Counted from the first letter of the stretch, positions 18,966-27,526 are shown. The stretch is 33,235 nt of DNA from an uncultured Spirochaetota bacterium (GCA_963745235.1 CAVUXE010000030.1:1-33235), one strand, 5' to 3'. Numbers and translations are program-made. Notes: a model not told the origin generated them from the sequence alone.

Positions 18966-19002
18966 ACACGGCAGGCTCTTCGCGCGTTCGCCCGCTACGC
19001 AA
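18966..19002 (+). repeat. ACACGGC-N10-CGCGTT element, copy B (between ankyrin gene 2 and the DUF1488 gene)
   Basis: ACACGGC aggctcttcg CGCGTTCG cccg CTACGCAA. Confidence 0.75.
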
Positions 19003-19020
19003 AAGGTTGGGAGGTGTAAT

Positions 19021-19314
19021 ATGCAGATTTCATTTCCCCGAGAACAACAGCTGACCTTTGACAATAGCGGTGTCGACTTCCCAGCAATTGTGGACGGTCG
19101 CCGAATCCCGTGCAAGATTTCAGCTGAGGCTCTGGACGATCACTTCAACGCCGAGAGAGAAGGTACACTGCACGCATTCCTGCGACACCGCGGCGAAGTC
19201 GAGGTGAAGGCGAGGGAGCTGATAGAACAGCAGAAGTCTCAACCGGATGGCTCGATACTCATAAACACGTTTGATATAGGGCCCATACAAAGCCAGTACT
19301 ACAGGCCACTTTGA
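19021..19314 (+). CDS. DUF1488-family protein
   Basis: VDFPAIVDGRRIPCKISAEALDDHF...AF..HR..VE..A..LI; RBS GGGAGGT. Confidence 0.8.
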   Translation: MQISFPREQQLTFDNSGVDFPAIVDGRRIPCKISAEALDDHFNAEREGTLHAFLRHRGEVEVKARELIEQQKSQPDGSILINTFDIGPIQSQYYRPL

Positions 19315-19397
19315 CCTTTAGCTAATCGGTGCACCGAAGGTGAACTCAGCGCATGATTAAAGACACTTTTCTGTTCAGTCGGGGATCGATCCTAAGG

Positions 19398-19468
19398 CCG
19401 CCACGCGCGACATGTCAGGCTGTATTCCCCCGTGCATGGCGTTTGCGCCCCTAGTATAATGTCTTGGA
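19398..19468 (+). promoter_or_regulatory. Conserved upstream/promoter region of ankyrin gene 3
   Basis: Homologous to 18366-18442; contains TATAAT at 19455-19460. Confidence 0.7.
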
Positions 19469-19477
19469 GAGAACAAT

Positions 19478-20134
19478 GTGAGAAGGCGAATAGTCGTCGC
19501 CGTAATTCTTGTGGTCCTCTTGGCGGCTTCGATGTATGCGCAGACGACAAACTTCTTCGAGCTGGCAAAGACCGGAACACCACAAGCTGTACAAACCGCA
19601 ATCAACCAAGGCGCGGACATCAGCGCGCGGAACAACTACGGCCGGACACCACTGATGCATGCGGCCACCTCCAACCGAAACCCTGAGGTCATCAGCACGC
19701 TCCTAAAGGCAGGGGCCAATGTCAACGCACGGGACAACTACGGCTGGACAGCGCTGATGTTGGCGGCTTCGGGGAATCAGAATCCTGAGGTGATTTTCGC
19801 TCTTGTGCAAGCGGGAGCCGATTTCGACGCTCGAGACAGATACGGTCTGACCCCACTTACGTTGGCGGCCTGGGGCAACCAGAATCCTGGAGTAATTTTC
19901 GCTCTTGTGCAAGCGGGAGCCGATCTCAACGCACGAGATAGATACACGCTAACTGCGCTGATGTTTGCCGCCCGGTACAACCAGAATCCCGAGGTGATCA
20001 TAACGCTGTTGAAAGCAGGCGCAGACGCGAAAAAGAAAGACAACGAAGGAAAGACAGCTTTCGATTACGCTCAGAAGAACGCAAGTCTTAAGGGCACAGA
20101 CGCCTATCAAAGGCTTCAGGAAGCGTCGCGGTAG
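19478..20134 (+). CDS. Secreted ankyrin-repeat protein (signal peptide, 4 internal repeats)
   Basis: MRRRIVVAVILVVLLAASMYA-QTTNFFELAKTGTPQ; four repeats; same C-cap as the paralogues. Confidence 0.93.
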   Translation: MRRRIVVAVILVVLLAASMYAQTTNFFELAKTGTPQAVQTAINQGADISARNNYGRTPLMHAATSNRNPEVISTLLKAGANVNARDNYGWTALMLAASGNQNPEVIFALVQAGADFDARDRYGLTPLTLAAWGNQNPGVIFALVQAGADLNARDRYTLTALMFAARYNQNPEVIITLLKAGADAKKKDNEGKTAFDYAQKNASLKGTDAYQRLQEASR

Positions 20135-20163
20135 CAAAGGTGGCCGTTCCGAGGAGTGCAATC

Positions 20164-20219
20164 ATACGGCGGGCTCGTCGCGCGTTGGCTGTAGTGCCGC
20201 TACAAGCGTCGTTTTTGGA
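20164..20219 (+). repeat. ACACGGC-N10-CGCGTT element, copy G (after ankyrin gene 3)
   Basis: ATACGGC gggctcgtcg CGCGTTGG ... CCGCTAC .. GCGTCGTTTTTGGA. Confidence 0.65.
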
Positions 20220-20261
20220 CGAAAGACGTCAGCCACGAAATCGGGAGAAACTGCGGACCAA

Positions 20262-20557
20262 CGGACTCGAAGGAGCCGCAAACGCTTGACACGCTCCACG
20301 GCGACGCCGACCCGTCTGCTGTCCGGGCCCTCATGGAAGGAACGCTCCTCATCTACAATGGGTCGATTGCGTTTGCCATAACCGGCCTGTTCCTGGCAGC
20401 GGCAGGCTACGCGACGTTCGCGACGGGGTTGCTATCTCGGTGGACTGGGTGGGTCGCCTATGCCGGCGCTGCGCTCTGTGCCGGGTCGGTTCTTGCGATG
20501 TACGGAGGACCCGTCGACACGGGCTTCTACTGCCCAGGAGGCCCCAGTCCCGGATGA
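20262..20557 (+). pseudogene. Fragment of a multi-pass membrane protein
   Basis: GLEGAA/TLDTLHGDADPSAVRALMEG...TGLLSRWTGWVAY hydrophobic helices; no clear 5' end. Confidence 0.55.
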
Positions 20558-20680
20558 GCATGGCCGGATTGTACGGCTAGTATAAGGTTATCCAACATTT
20601 CGGCACTCCTTTGCTCAGAACGCGCAGGCAACCCGGGCACCCGGCGGGTGGTCGGGAGGGCCTGCACGTCCCGCCTGTAG

Positions 20681-20748
20681 TTCTAATGCGCTATTTTAGG
20701 TCCCCAGGGGCCCTCTGTAAAGGCTACGAAGGCGCAATGTGGCGCGAT
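20681..20748. repeat. ~68-bp direct repeat, copy 2 (candidate recombination/resolution site)
   Basis: Same orientation and core as 15498-15565. Confidence 0.8.
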
Positions 20749-20771
20749 TTCGTGCACGGAAACCCCTATCG

Positions 20772-22520
20772 TCACGCGAATAGATCTTCACTTGCTCGTA
20801 GCTCGCCGCGCCCTGTAACGAGCTCGAGCGTCCGCAGCTTTCCAATCGCGTTGTTGAATGCACCCCCGCTTGGCTCATAGCCGGTGGCGACGCCGAGATC
20901 TTCTTTCGATGCCGCCGCAGGATAGATCTCGGTCAAACGCGAGAGAATCAGGCGTTCGGCTTTTCCGAGCTGCTTCAGCCAGTGCTCCAAGAGCTCGCGC
21001 CCAGTCGGGAGTGGATCGTAGGGCCCGAGCGCAGCCAGGCCTGCTTCAGTGATACGGAGAAGGTCCCTGCCCTCGATCATTCCCTTGCTGCGCAGAGCCC
21101 CCAGATAGTTGGCGAAGGCTCCGCCCCTTGCGGCGTAGGCAGTCAGGATCGCGACCTGGGTCTTTGATCGGCCCTGCAGGTACTGGGCCAGGGCCGTCAA
21201 GATCTTTCGCTCTCCCCCTGGGATCGATGAAGACAGCGCCGTCGGTCGAACATGCCGCGGAGCAGGTGTTGGGACAACAACGGGGCGGACTGTGGGTGTA
21301 TGCGGATGGCCGGCTACCGGGGGAGTCGAGACCTTACGATTCAAGAGGGAGTGCGCAGAGGCCAAAGCGTCAGAGGCGGCCGCCAGCGCTCTCCGTAGCC
21401 GCGTCTCCTTGCCAGCGGCAGCGCGTTCGGCCTCGATGAACCCTTGAGCATAACTCTCTTTCTGAATTTTCCTGAGCTGTGCGGCATCCACGGTTGCGAT
21501 CGGCATCTTGCCGGATGCCTTCCCCAGCTCCGCCTCAAGGGCGGCGATCTTTTTTCGCAGTTCCCGAGGGTCCTCGGCTTTCGCCCTCTCGATCGTACTC
21601 GCGAGCTCGGCGCGGAGCTTCTCGAGGTCCACGACCGCTGCCGCGGTCGGCCACTTCGCCTTCTCTCCAATCTTCGGCGTGGCGCTTGAGTCGAAGGTCT
21701 TTCGCTCCCGGATCTGAACGCGCTTGAACAAGTCAAGCCACCCAGGGCTCCAGATCCAAGCTTCTCCGATGGCCAAGCTGGCAAGGGATGCCATGAACTC
21801 GCCCTTCTGATCGTGGGCATCATGCGCCTCAACCCAGGCCTCGAGGGCTTTACGGTCCTGAGGGCTGATCGTGCGCAGGCAGATAAGGACCTCAATCTGC
21901 GTCAAGACGTCCTTGTTGATAACGGCCGCCCGTTGGCTGATAAGAGTGACTCCGATTCCAGAAGACCGACCGCGGCGCACCAGACGATCGATCGCACCGA
22001 ACATGCGCTCCTGGCCGGTCTGGATCCGCTGGGGCACAAACTCGTCCGCCTCATCGATGACCACGTGGAGCGGCTGGCGGTACTTATCCTGGCCCTTGCG
22101 ATGATAGAGGCGCTCGCAAAAGTCAGTGACCAGGCGGCGCTGATCCGCCATTGAGAAGTGACGCAAGCTCAGGACCAGAGGGACCCGATTCTCGACGGCG
22201 AAGTCGGCGATGACGGTCCCGCTGGAAGCCTCGAGAGGAAGATCGGCATGCTCGCCGCCAAGAACTGTGATAGGAAAGCCTGGGTCCTTGCCGTCTCGGG
22301 AGGATCGGAGGCCGAACCAGACGTCCAGCGGATCCAGGATCACCACCTGCTGATCAGCCGTGAGCAGCTCCTCGGTGATCACGACTGCTGTGTGCGTTTT
22401 TCCGACGCCGCGCTTCGCCAGGATCGCGGCCGTCTGAGTCACCATTTCAACGGGAAGGGAGAGACCTTTTGCTATCCGCAGCTGGTTCACTTCAGCACCC
22501 AGAGCTACCAAAACCGCCAA
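20772..22520 (-). CDS. HerA/FtsK-superfamily (DUF87-like) P-loop ATPase with coiled coil and C-terminal tandem winged-helix-like repeats
   Basis: Walker A AKRGVGKT, Walker B VVIDEAD, RRGRSSGIGVTLISQR; two C-terminal ERxIL...GGAFxNxxGxLR repeats. The start may be GTG 22490. Confidence 0.82.
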   Translation of the reverse strand: MAVLVALGAEVNQLRIAKGLSLPVEMVTQTAAILAKRGVGKTHTAVVITEELLTADQQVVILDPLDVWFGLRSSRDGKDPGFPITVLGGEHADLPLEASSGTVIADFAVENRVPLVLSLRHFSMADQRRLVTDFCERLYHRKGQDKYRQPLHVVIDEADEFVPQRIQTGQERMFGAIDRLVRRGRSSGIGVTLISQRAAVINKDVLTQIEVLICLRTISPQDRKALEAWVEAHDAHDQKGEFMASLASLAIGEAWIWSPGWLDLFKRVQIRERKTFDSSATPKIGEKAKWPTAAAVVDLEKLRAELASTIERAKAEDPRELRKKIAALEAELGKASGKMPIATVDAAQLRKIQKESYAQGFIEAERAAAGKETRLRRALAAASDALASAHSLLNRKVSTPPVAGHPHTPTVRPVVVPTPAPRHVRPTALSSSIPGGERKILTALAQYLQGRSKTQVAILTAYAARGGAFANYLGALRSKGMIEGRDLLRITEAGLAALGPYDPLPTGRELLEHWLKQLGKAERLILSRLTEIYPAAASKEDLGVATGYEPSGGAFNNAIGKLRTLELVTGRGELRASEDLFA

Positions 22521-22617
22521 TGTTTTCCTGACGCCGCTCTTTTAGTAGCAACCGCTATTTTTCGCATCCTGTTCCCCTCCCCTCGAAACCATAGCATCCT
22601 GCTGAGTCGTTCGACGG

Positions 22618-22902
22618 CTAGTTCGATGTTCGCCTCTTTCCGGCCACCGATTCCCTCCTAAGCCATTGACGGAGTATGCTTGAAACTAGGGTTTGATAGG
22701 GAACTCCCCGCTCCAAGGCGCGAGTCTTGAGAGCCATCATATCTCGGCGATTCATGCGGATGTTCATCCGCTCATCTTTGGCCCCGGTCGCCCTGGCGAT
22801 CGCTCGTGCCTTCTCTATCTCTTTGTCGAGATTGTCAATCGATCGCCATTCCCCGTTTTCAATGCTCTTGAGAAGTTCCTTCTCCTCTTTGTCTAGCTTC
22901 AT
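22618..22902 (-). CDS. BrnA/CopG-like ribbon-helix-helix antitoxin
   Basis: KDERMNIRM...LK.RA...GVPYQTLVSSIL. Confidence 0.85.
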   Translation of the reverse strand: MKLDKEEKELLKSIENGEWRSIDNLDKEIEKARAIARATGAKDERMNIRMNRRDMMALKTRALERGVPYQTLVSSILRQWLRRESVAGKRRTSN

Positions 22903-23189
22903 TATTTGCTTCCCTCCTCTCGACCTTGGAGATAACGCTTCGTAAGCTTACGGCTGGGGAATGCGGTCATGAGGAATCGAATATCCCCTCTGTCGACAAA
23001 CGGAACGACCCAAGCATAATTGTCGATTGAGACAATGTAGAGCCGTTGTCCTTCGTATCTCGAAGGATTCGGATGTTCCAGAATATCGAGTGTTCCTCTC
23101 TCTTCTATGGCGACAACGATTTCCTCAAACGAAATGCCTCTGGCTGTCCGTAGCCACTTATTCTTCTCCTCGTTCCAATCGAAGATCAC
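22902..23189 (-). CDS. brnT: BrnT-family toxin
   Basis: FDWNEEKN...RGISFEEIV...TAFPSRK. Confidence 0.82.
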   Translation of the reverse strand: MIFDWNEEKNKWLRTARGISFEEIVVAIEERGTLDILEHPNPSRYEGQRLYIVSIDNYAWVVPFVDRGDIRFLMTAFPSRKLTKRYLQGREEGSK

Positions 23190-23194
23190 GAATA

Positions 23195-23223
23195 AAGGTA
23201 TCTTGATGTGTGCCCAATGTCAA
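23195..23223 (-). promoter_or_regulatory. Leaderless sigma70-type promoter of the BrnT operon
   Basis: Minus strand TTGACA-17-TACCTT, 5 nt before GTG. Confidence 0.65.
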
Positions 23224-23326
23224 TACATCATCTTTCATAAGGGCGATTCGGTCTACCACAAGCTCCTGCCTAGTGAACATGGTGTTCTCCCGCGGAGTCC
23301 TGCCGTGTCATTTCATGGGGTAGCGG

Positions 23327-23494
23327 CTATCGCCGCACAAAAGTAAGAACGGCAATCACGATGGCGGCACCCAAGGCAACCGCTGCTACGATGCTTAGCC
23401 ACAGAGCAGCACGTCTCGCTGTCTTCCTCGCCATCACTCGGCCGACAACTAACAGGGCTACGGCGACCAGGACAGGGATTACTGCAATAAGCAT
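23327..23494 (-). CDS. 55-aa two-helix membrane protein (not in the ORF track)
   Basis: GGAGG-N6-ATG; MLIAVIPVLVAVALLVVGRVMARKTARRAALWLSIVAAVALGAAIVIAVLTFVRR*. Confidence 0.65.
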   Translation of the reverse strand: MLIAVIPVLVAVALLVVGRVMARKTARRAALWLSIVAAVALGAAIVIAVLTFVRR

Positions 23495-23838
23495 CGGGAT
23501 CCTCCGGATGAGATACTAACGCTGAGCCGCGAAGGCCGCAACCGCAAAGGAACAAGACGATGGGGTGGAAAGTCCCGGAAATCCGTGAACCGATGGCCCA
23601 AGGACAAGCAGGATCGGAGAATTCCTACGCTATGTCCGAACCTTATGGAGGGAGCTTAATTTAAGCAAGAATCAATGCGTTCTCGCGCGAGCCGTGTGGC
23701 AGCACTGCCGATAACCGGTTTCTGGTCTACTACGGCATGTCCCCGCTCCGCCGCCGGTGGGCGAGCGCATACAGTAGAAACCCCATGGAATACCGATGTT
23801 CTTCCCAAAGATTCATGTAAACGTCAAAGTCGACTATC

Positions 23839-24486
23839 ATGAACTGGTTGTTTTTCGTATTCGTGTTGTGTGCGATCGCGGCAATACCAATTCACTACGT
23901 GTCGGTCGAGCACGCAAGACTGGAACAGAAACATGGACGGATAACGGGCATCAAGGTCGGCGAGCTCTACGGTCACGTGTCGGCCTACATGCTGTTCGCT
24001 TCCCTCATCGGTCTGTGGTTTTCGCCGCAACCGCGGATTACCATTCCGATCCTTCGCCGCGTGTCCCTCGTTGTTCCCGGCATCCACCACGTCATTCCGG
24101 TGGTGCATCTCATGCTGTTCGTGCCGTTCGTGTTCCTGGGCCTCATTCTGTTGTCACGGTCGGTCTCGGACTTGACAAGGAAGGTGTCTGAAGCGCACCG
24201 CCCGGAGCGCGTGGTCACGACCGGAATCTACGCCCGGGTTCGACACCCACAGTATCTGGGGTTTTTGCTCATGCACGTCGGGTTCTCTCTTCTCATGTCG
24301 GGTACATACTCGTTGATTGCCACGCTCTTCATATTCATGATGTTGTATGCTTTCGCACGCAAAGAGGAGGTCGAGCTCGCGCGAGAGTTCGGTGGCGGCG
24401 AGTACGATGGATATCGGAGGAGTGTCCCAATGCTGATTCCGAGACTTCGAGGAGTGACTATGGGTAGAAGAGGCAGACAGCCTTGA
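23839..24486 (+). CDS. Isoprenylcysteine carboxyl methyltransferase/PEMT-family membrane protein
   Basis: VVTTGIYARVRHPQYLG, KEEVEL..EFG..Y..YRRSVP; multiple TM helices. Confidence 0.88.
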   Translation: MNWLFFVFVLCAIAAIPIHYVSVEHARLEQKHGRITGIKVGELYGHVSAYMLFASLIGLWFSPQPRITIPILRRVSLVVPGIHHVIPVVHLMLFVPFVFLGLILLSRSVSDLTRKVSEAHRPERVVTTGIYARVRHPQYLGFLLMHVGFSLLMSGTYSLIATLFIFMMLYAFARKEEVELAREFGGGEYDGYRRSVPMLIPRLRGVTMGRRGRQP

Positions 24487-24509
24487 TCGCGAGGGATTGT
24501 GGGTACTGC

Positions 24510-24717
24510 CGATAGGAGCGTGGTGATTACCTCTGGATTCTTGTTGAACCGGGCGGCATACATCACCGCGGTCCAGCCGAGGAGCTTGTCCTTGGCGTTG
24601 ACATCTTCGCCTTGGTCAATAGCGGCCTGTATCTGCTGCGGTGTTCCAGTTTCTACCAGTTCAATGAAAGTCCGTCGTCTGGACATATGTCGAAGGCAAG
24701 ACAAAGAAAACCAAAAG
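24510..24717 (-). pseudogene. Ankyrin paralogue fragment (end of signal peptide, N-cap, one repeat), cut at its 5' end by IS3
   Basis: LLVFFVLPSTYVQTTDF / IELVETGTPQQIQAAIDQG...NPEVITTLL; one frameshift near 24668. Confidence 0.82.
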
Positions 24718-25170
24718 TGGGCCTACCCCGAAAATCATGACACAAGGTTAAGCAGTATCTTCAAGGGGTAGTCAATGGACATGGGAGACAAAAGGAAGAA
24801 ATACACCAAGGAGTTCAAGCTTGGTGCCATAAGGCTTCTGGAGTCAGGTACGAAGCCAGGGCACGAGATCGAGCATGACCTGGGGATCGGTAGCGGACAG
24901 ATTTACCGCTGGCGGAAGCAATTCAGTCAGGACGGTGCCAGGGCGTTTCCTGGGAACGGCAAGTCCCGTGATGAGGAATTGGCAGCCCTGCGTAAGGAGA
25001 TCAAGGAGCTGCGCGAGGAGCGGGACATCCTGCGAAAAAGCAACCGCCGTCTTCTTCAGACTACAGAAATGAAGTACGCCTTCATGAGTGAGCAACAGGG
25101 TGCCCATAGCGTAGAGAAGATGGCGCAAGTGTTGGGGGTAGCACGCAGTGGGTTCTATGCCTGGGGCGAC
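24718..25170 (+). mobile_element. IS3-family remnant (left end, orfA, start of orfB)
   Basis: TG-initiated end TGGGCCTACCCCGAAAATCATGACAC; RKKYTKEFKLGAI...IYRWRK...LREERDILRK; MKYAFM...VLGVARSGFYAW, then homology stops. Confidence 0.88.
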
Positions 25171-25319
25171 CGGGCCCACCACGTACCTTATTTGAGACAA
25201 GCAAGACGCCACAGAACATGATTGAGCGGGCAAGCAAGCGCGCGCTCGGTCGACCCTCCGCAGTCCGTGCACCATCCAACTAACCCAGTATCTTAACGCT
25301 GGCCGGACCACCGCGCAGA

Positions 25320-25910
25320 TCACTTAGATGCTTCTTCGAGTTCCCTATAGGCGTCGGTGCCTTTCAGCTTTGCGTTGCCTTGCGCGTAATCGAACGCTGT
25401 CTTTCCTGCACTGCTTTTCGCCTTCCCGTCTGCGCCGGCCTTCAGGAGGATGACGATCACTTCGGGATTCTGATTGTCTTGGGCGGAAGCCATGAGTGGA
25501 GACCGACCGTACTTGTCCCGAGCCTTGAGGTCCGCTCCAGCTTTCAGGAGTGTAGTGATCACCTCGGGGTTCTGGTTGTACCTGGCGGCGAACATCAGCG
25601 CGGTACCGCCGTAGTTGTCCTGAACCATGAGGTCCGCTCCAGCTTTCAGGAGCGTGGCGATCACCTCGGGATTCTGATTGTCTCGGGCGGCAGCCATAAG
25701 CGGAGACCGACCGTAGTTGTCCTGAGCCTTGAGGTCCGCTCCAGCTTTCAGGAGCGTGGTAATCACCTCAGGATTCTGGTTGCTATAGGCGGCGGCCATC
25801 AGCGGGGTTCTACCGCCATAGCCCAGAAAATTCACGTCCGCGCCATTACTGATGGCGGCGTGCACACTCTGTGACGTTCCGGTTCTTACAAACTCGAAGA
25901 AGTCTATCAC
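25320..25910 (-). CDS. Ankyrin-repeat protein, no signal peptide (4 internal repeats)
   Basis: DFFEFVRTGTSQSVHAAI N-cap, four repeats, GKTAFDYAQ...LEEASK C-cap. Confidence 0.92.
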   Translation of the reverse strand: MIDFFEFVRTGTSQSVHAAISNGADVNFLGYGGRTPLMAAAYSNQNPEVITTLLKAGADLKAQDNYGRSPLMAAARDNQNPEVIATLLKAGADLMVQDNYGGTALMFAARYNQNPEVITTLLKAGADLKARDKYGRSPLMASAQDNQNPEVIVILLKAGADGKAKSSAGKTAFDYAQGNAKLKGTDAYRELEEASK

Positions 25911-25943
25911 CTTTCTCTCTTTCCCATCTTGCCGTCGTACAGC

Positions 25944-26012
25944 CCGTTAAACGACGCGCCTGGCGGGCCGTAGACGAACGCGCCCAAGGCCAGCCGTGTG
26001 ATTATACCCCCC
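25944..26012 (-). repeat. ACACGGC-N10-CGCGTT element, copy C (upstream of ankyrin gene 5)
   Basis: Minus strand GGGGGGTATAATC ACACGGC tggccttggg CGCGTTCG TCTACGG...GCGTCGTTT. Confidence 0.78.
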
Positions 26013-26161
26013 TGCTTCTTGCCTGACAGGCTTCGAATCCGCCTGCGATGGAGTTGGCAATCTCACGGAGCAAGAAGTTGGGAGAGATGGAAAACAGCGG
26101 AAAGCATTGGACATCCTGCAGGGGAATCGTACCCTTATGAAGGAGGTGAGGCATCGGTTTT

Positions 26162-26821
26162 ATGGATGAGAAAGGCATCGATCTTGTCCCCATGGTCATC
26201 GAGCAGACCGGCCGCGGAGAGCGGGCCTACGACATATACTCCCGTCTCCTCAAGGATAGGATCATCTTCGTCGACGGAGAGATTTACGACCTGAACGCTG
26301 ATCTCGTGGTCGCCCAGCTCCTATTCCTCGAGAGCCAGGATCCCGAGAAGGACATCCACCTCTACATCGACTCTCCGGGTGGCGCGGTGACGGCGGGTCT
26401 CGCCATCTATGACACGATCCAGTACATCAAGCCGGACGTGCAGACCATTTGTCTCGGAGGGGCTGCCTACTCGGCGGCCCTGCTACTCGCCTGCGGCGCC
26501 AAGGGCAAGAGGATGGCCCTACCCTCCTCGCGCATCCTCATCCACCAGCCCTGGGGCGGGGTGTCCGGCCAGGCGGTTGACATCAGCATCCAGGCCCGGG
26601 AGCTCCTCCGGACTAAGAAGCTCATCGTGTCGTACTTCGCCAGACACACAGGCAAGTCCCCCGAAACCGTGGAGAAGGACCTCGAGAGAGACTACTACAT
26701 GTCTGTCGAGGAGGCCGTCGAGTACGGTCTCATCGACAAGATCCTAAGGCCGTCCTCGCCGGAGAAACCAGGGGCAGGAACAGAAGGTGTTCATCCGCCT
26801 CTTGGTCTGCTGGATGGCTGA
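26162..26821 (+). CDS. clpP: ClpP protease proteolytic subunit with atypical active-site motif
   Basis: [50 protein letters not shown] replaces CxGxAASM. RBS AAGGAGGTGA. Confidence 0.95.
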   Translation: MDEKGIDLVPMVIEQTGRGERAYDIYSRLLKDRIIFVDGEIYDLNADLVVAQLLFLESQDPEKDIHLYIDSPGGAVTAGLAIYDTIQYIKPDVQTICLGGAAYSAALLLACGAKGKRMALPSSRILIHQPWGGVSGQAVDISIQARELLRTKKLIVSYFARHTGKSPETVEKDLERDYYMSVEEAVEYGLIDKILRPSSPEKPGAGTEGVHPPLGLLDG

Positions 26822-26918
26822 ATCGTCCGAAAAGGCCCTGGGCCAGTCCCACGTTAGACGCCCCCGGCGCCGGAGGCCTGCCACGGAATAACACTCGAAC
26901 GCATAGGAGGCACGAGAG

Positions 26919-27119
26919 ATGTACTTTCGTAACTTCTCAGTCAAAGTCATCCAGGGTCCACACAAGGAGCGGACCTTCGCACTGGGCAGAATCTACCTGG
27001 TCCTCGCAGTTCACTTCGAGAACACAGAATCCAACAAAACCCATGTCCTGCTGGAGGACGATAACCATTCACTCCAGTGGGTCCCATCGAACGAAGTCAC
27101 AGTCAACACGATAGAGTAG
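26919..27119 (+). CDS. Small hypothetical protein
   Basis: AGGAGG RBS; 66-aa beta-rich ORF. Confidence 0.65.
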   Translation: MYFRNFSVKVIQGPHKERTFALGRIYLVLAVHFENTESNKTHVLLEDDNHSLQWVPSNEVTVNTIE

Positions 27120-27148
27120 TTTCCCACCGCACGCGGAGGGGGAAGGAA

Positions 27149-27526
27149 ATGGAAGAGTATAGTCAAGAAGATGCGGATGAAGTCTTTAGGCATGTTTACG
27201 CCACACTGAAGGCGGCGATAGACTTCCTTATCGAAATGAAGGTGGCAAACCCCGAAGATGCCAAGCGGTTCTCAGACTTGGATCGTGAAATGATCGACCT
27301 GCATACCTCACTGGAAGAGCTGTGGATAGACTATGACGCCGATGAGCAGGAAGAAAAAGAGCAAGAACACGAAGACATGGAGCGTGCTGACATAAGCAAG
27401 ACCATGAAAGAAGATGCGAAGACTGAGGTGGAAGAGGAGAGCGAGCAAAACGAACGGCTCTTGGAGGAAGAGATCAGAGCTGATTACAAGCTACCTCCCG
27501 GATGGCCTCTCGATTATCCGAAGTGA
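27149..27526 (+). CDS. Highly acidic hypothetical protein
   Basis: ATG 27149 after GGAGGGGGAAGGA; Glu/Asp-rich. Confidence 0.65.
   Translation: MEEYSQEDADEVFRHVYATLKAAIDFLIEMKVANPEDAKRFSDLDREMIDLHTSLEELWIDYDADEQEEKEQEHEDMERADISKTMKEDAKTEVEEESEQNERLLEEEIRADYKLPPGWPLDYPK

Noticed and set aside
20284-20300. GCTTGACACGCTCCAC resembling the IS110 right end
   Set aside because: It reads as in-frame coding sequence (TLDTLH) of the membrane-protein fragment and lacks CATAGT.
14480-20750. Classical integron (IntI + attC array)
   Set aside because: Neither recombinase shows the IntI-specific insertion, and I could not find paired RYYYAAC/GTTRRRY attC hairpins; GTCTAAC at 8177 and 18939 lack matching partners.
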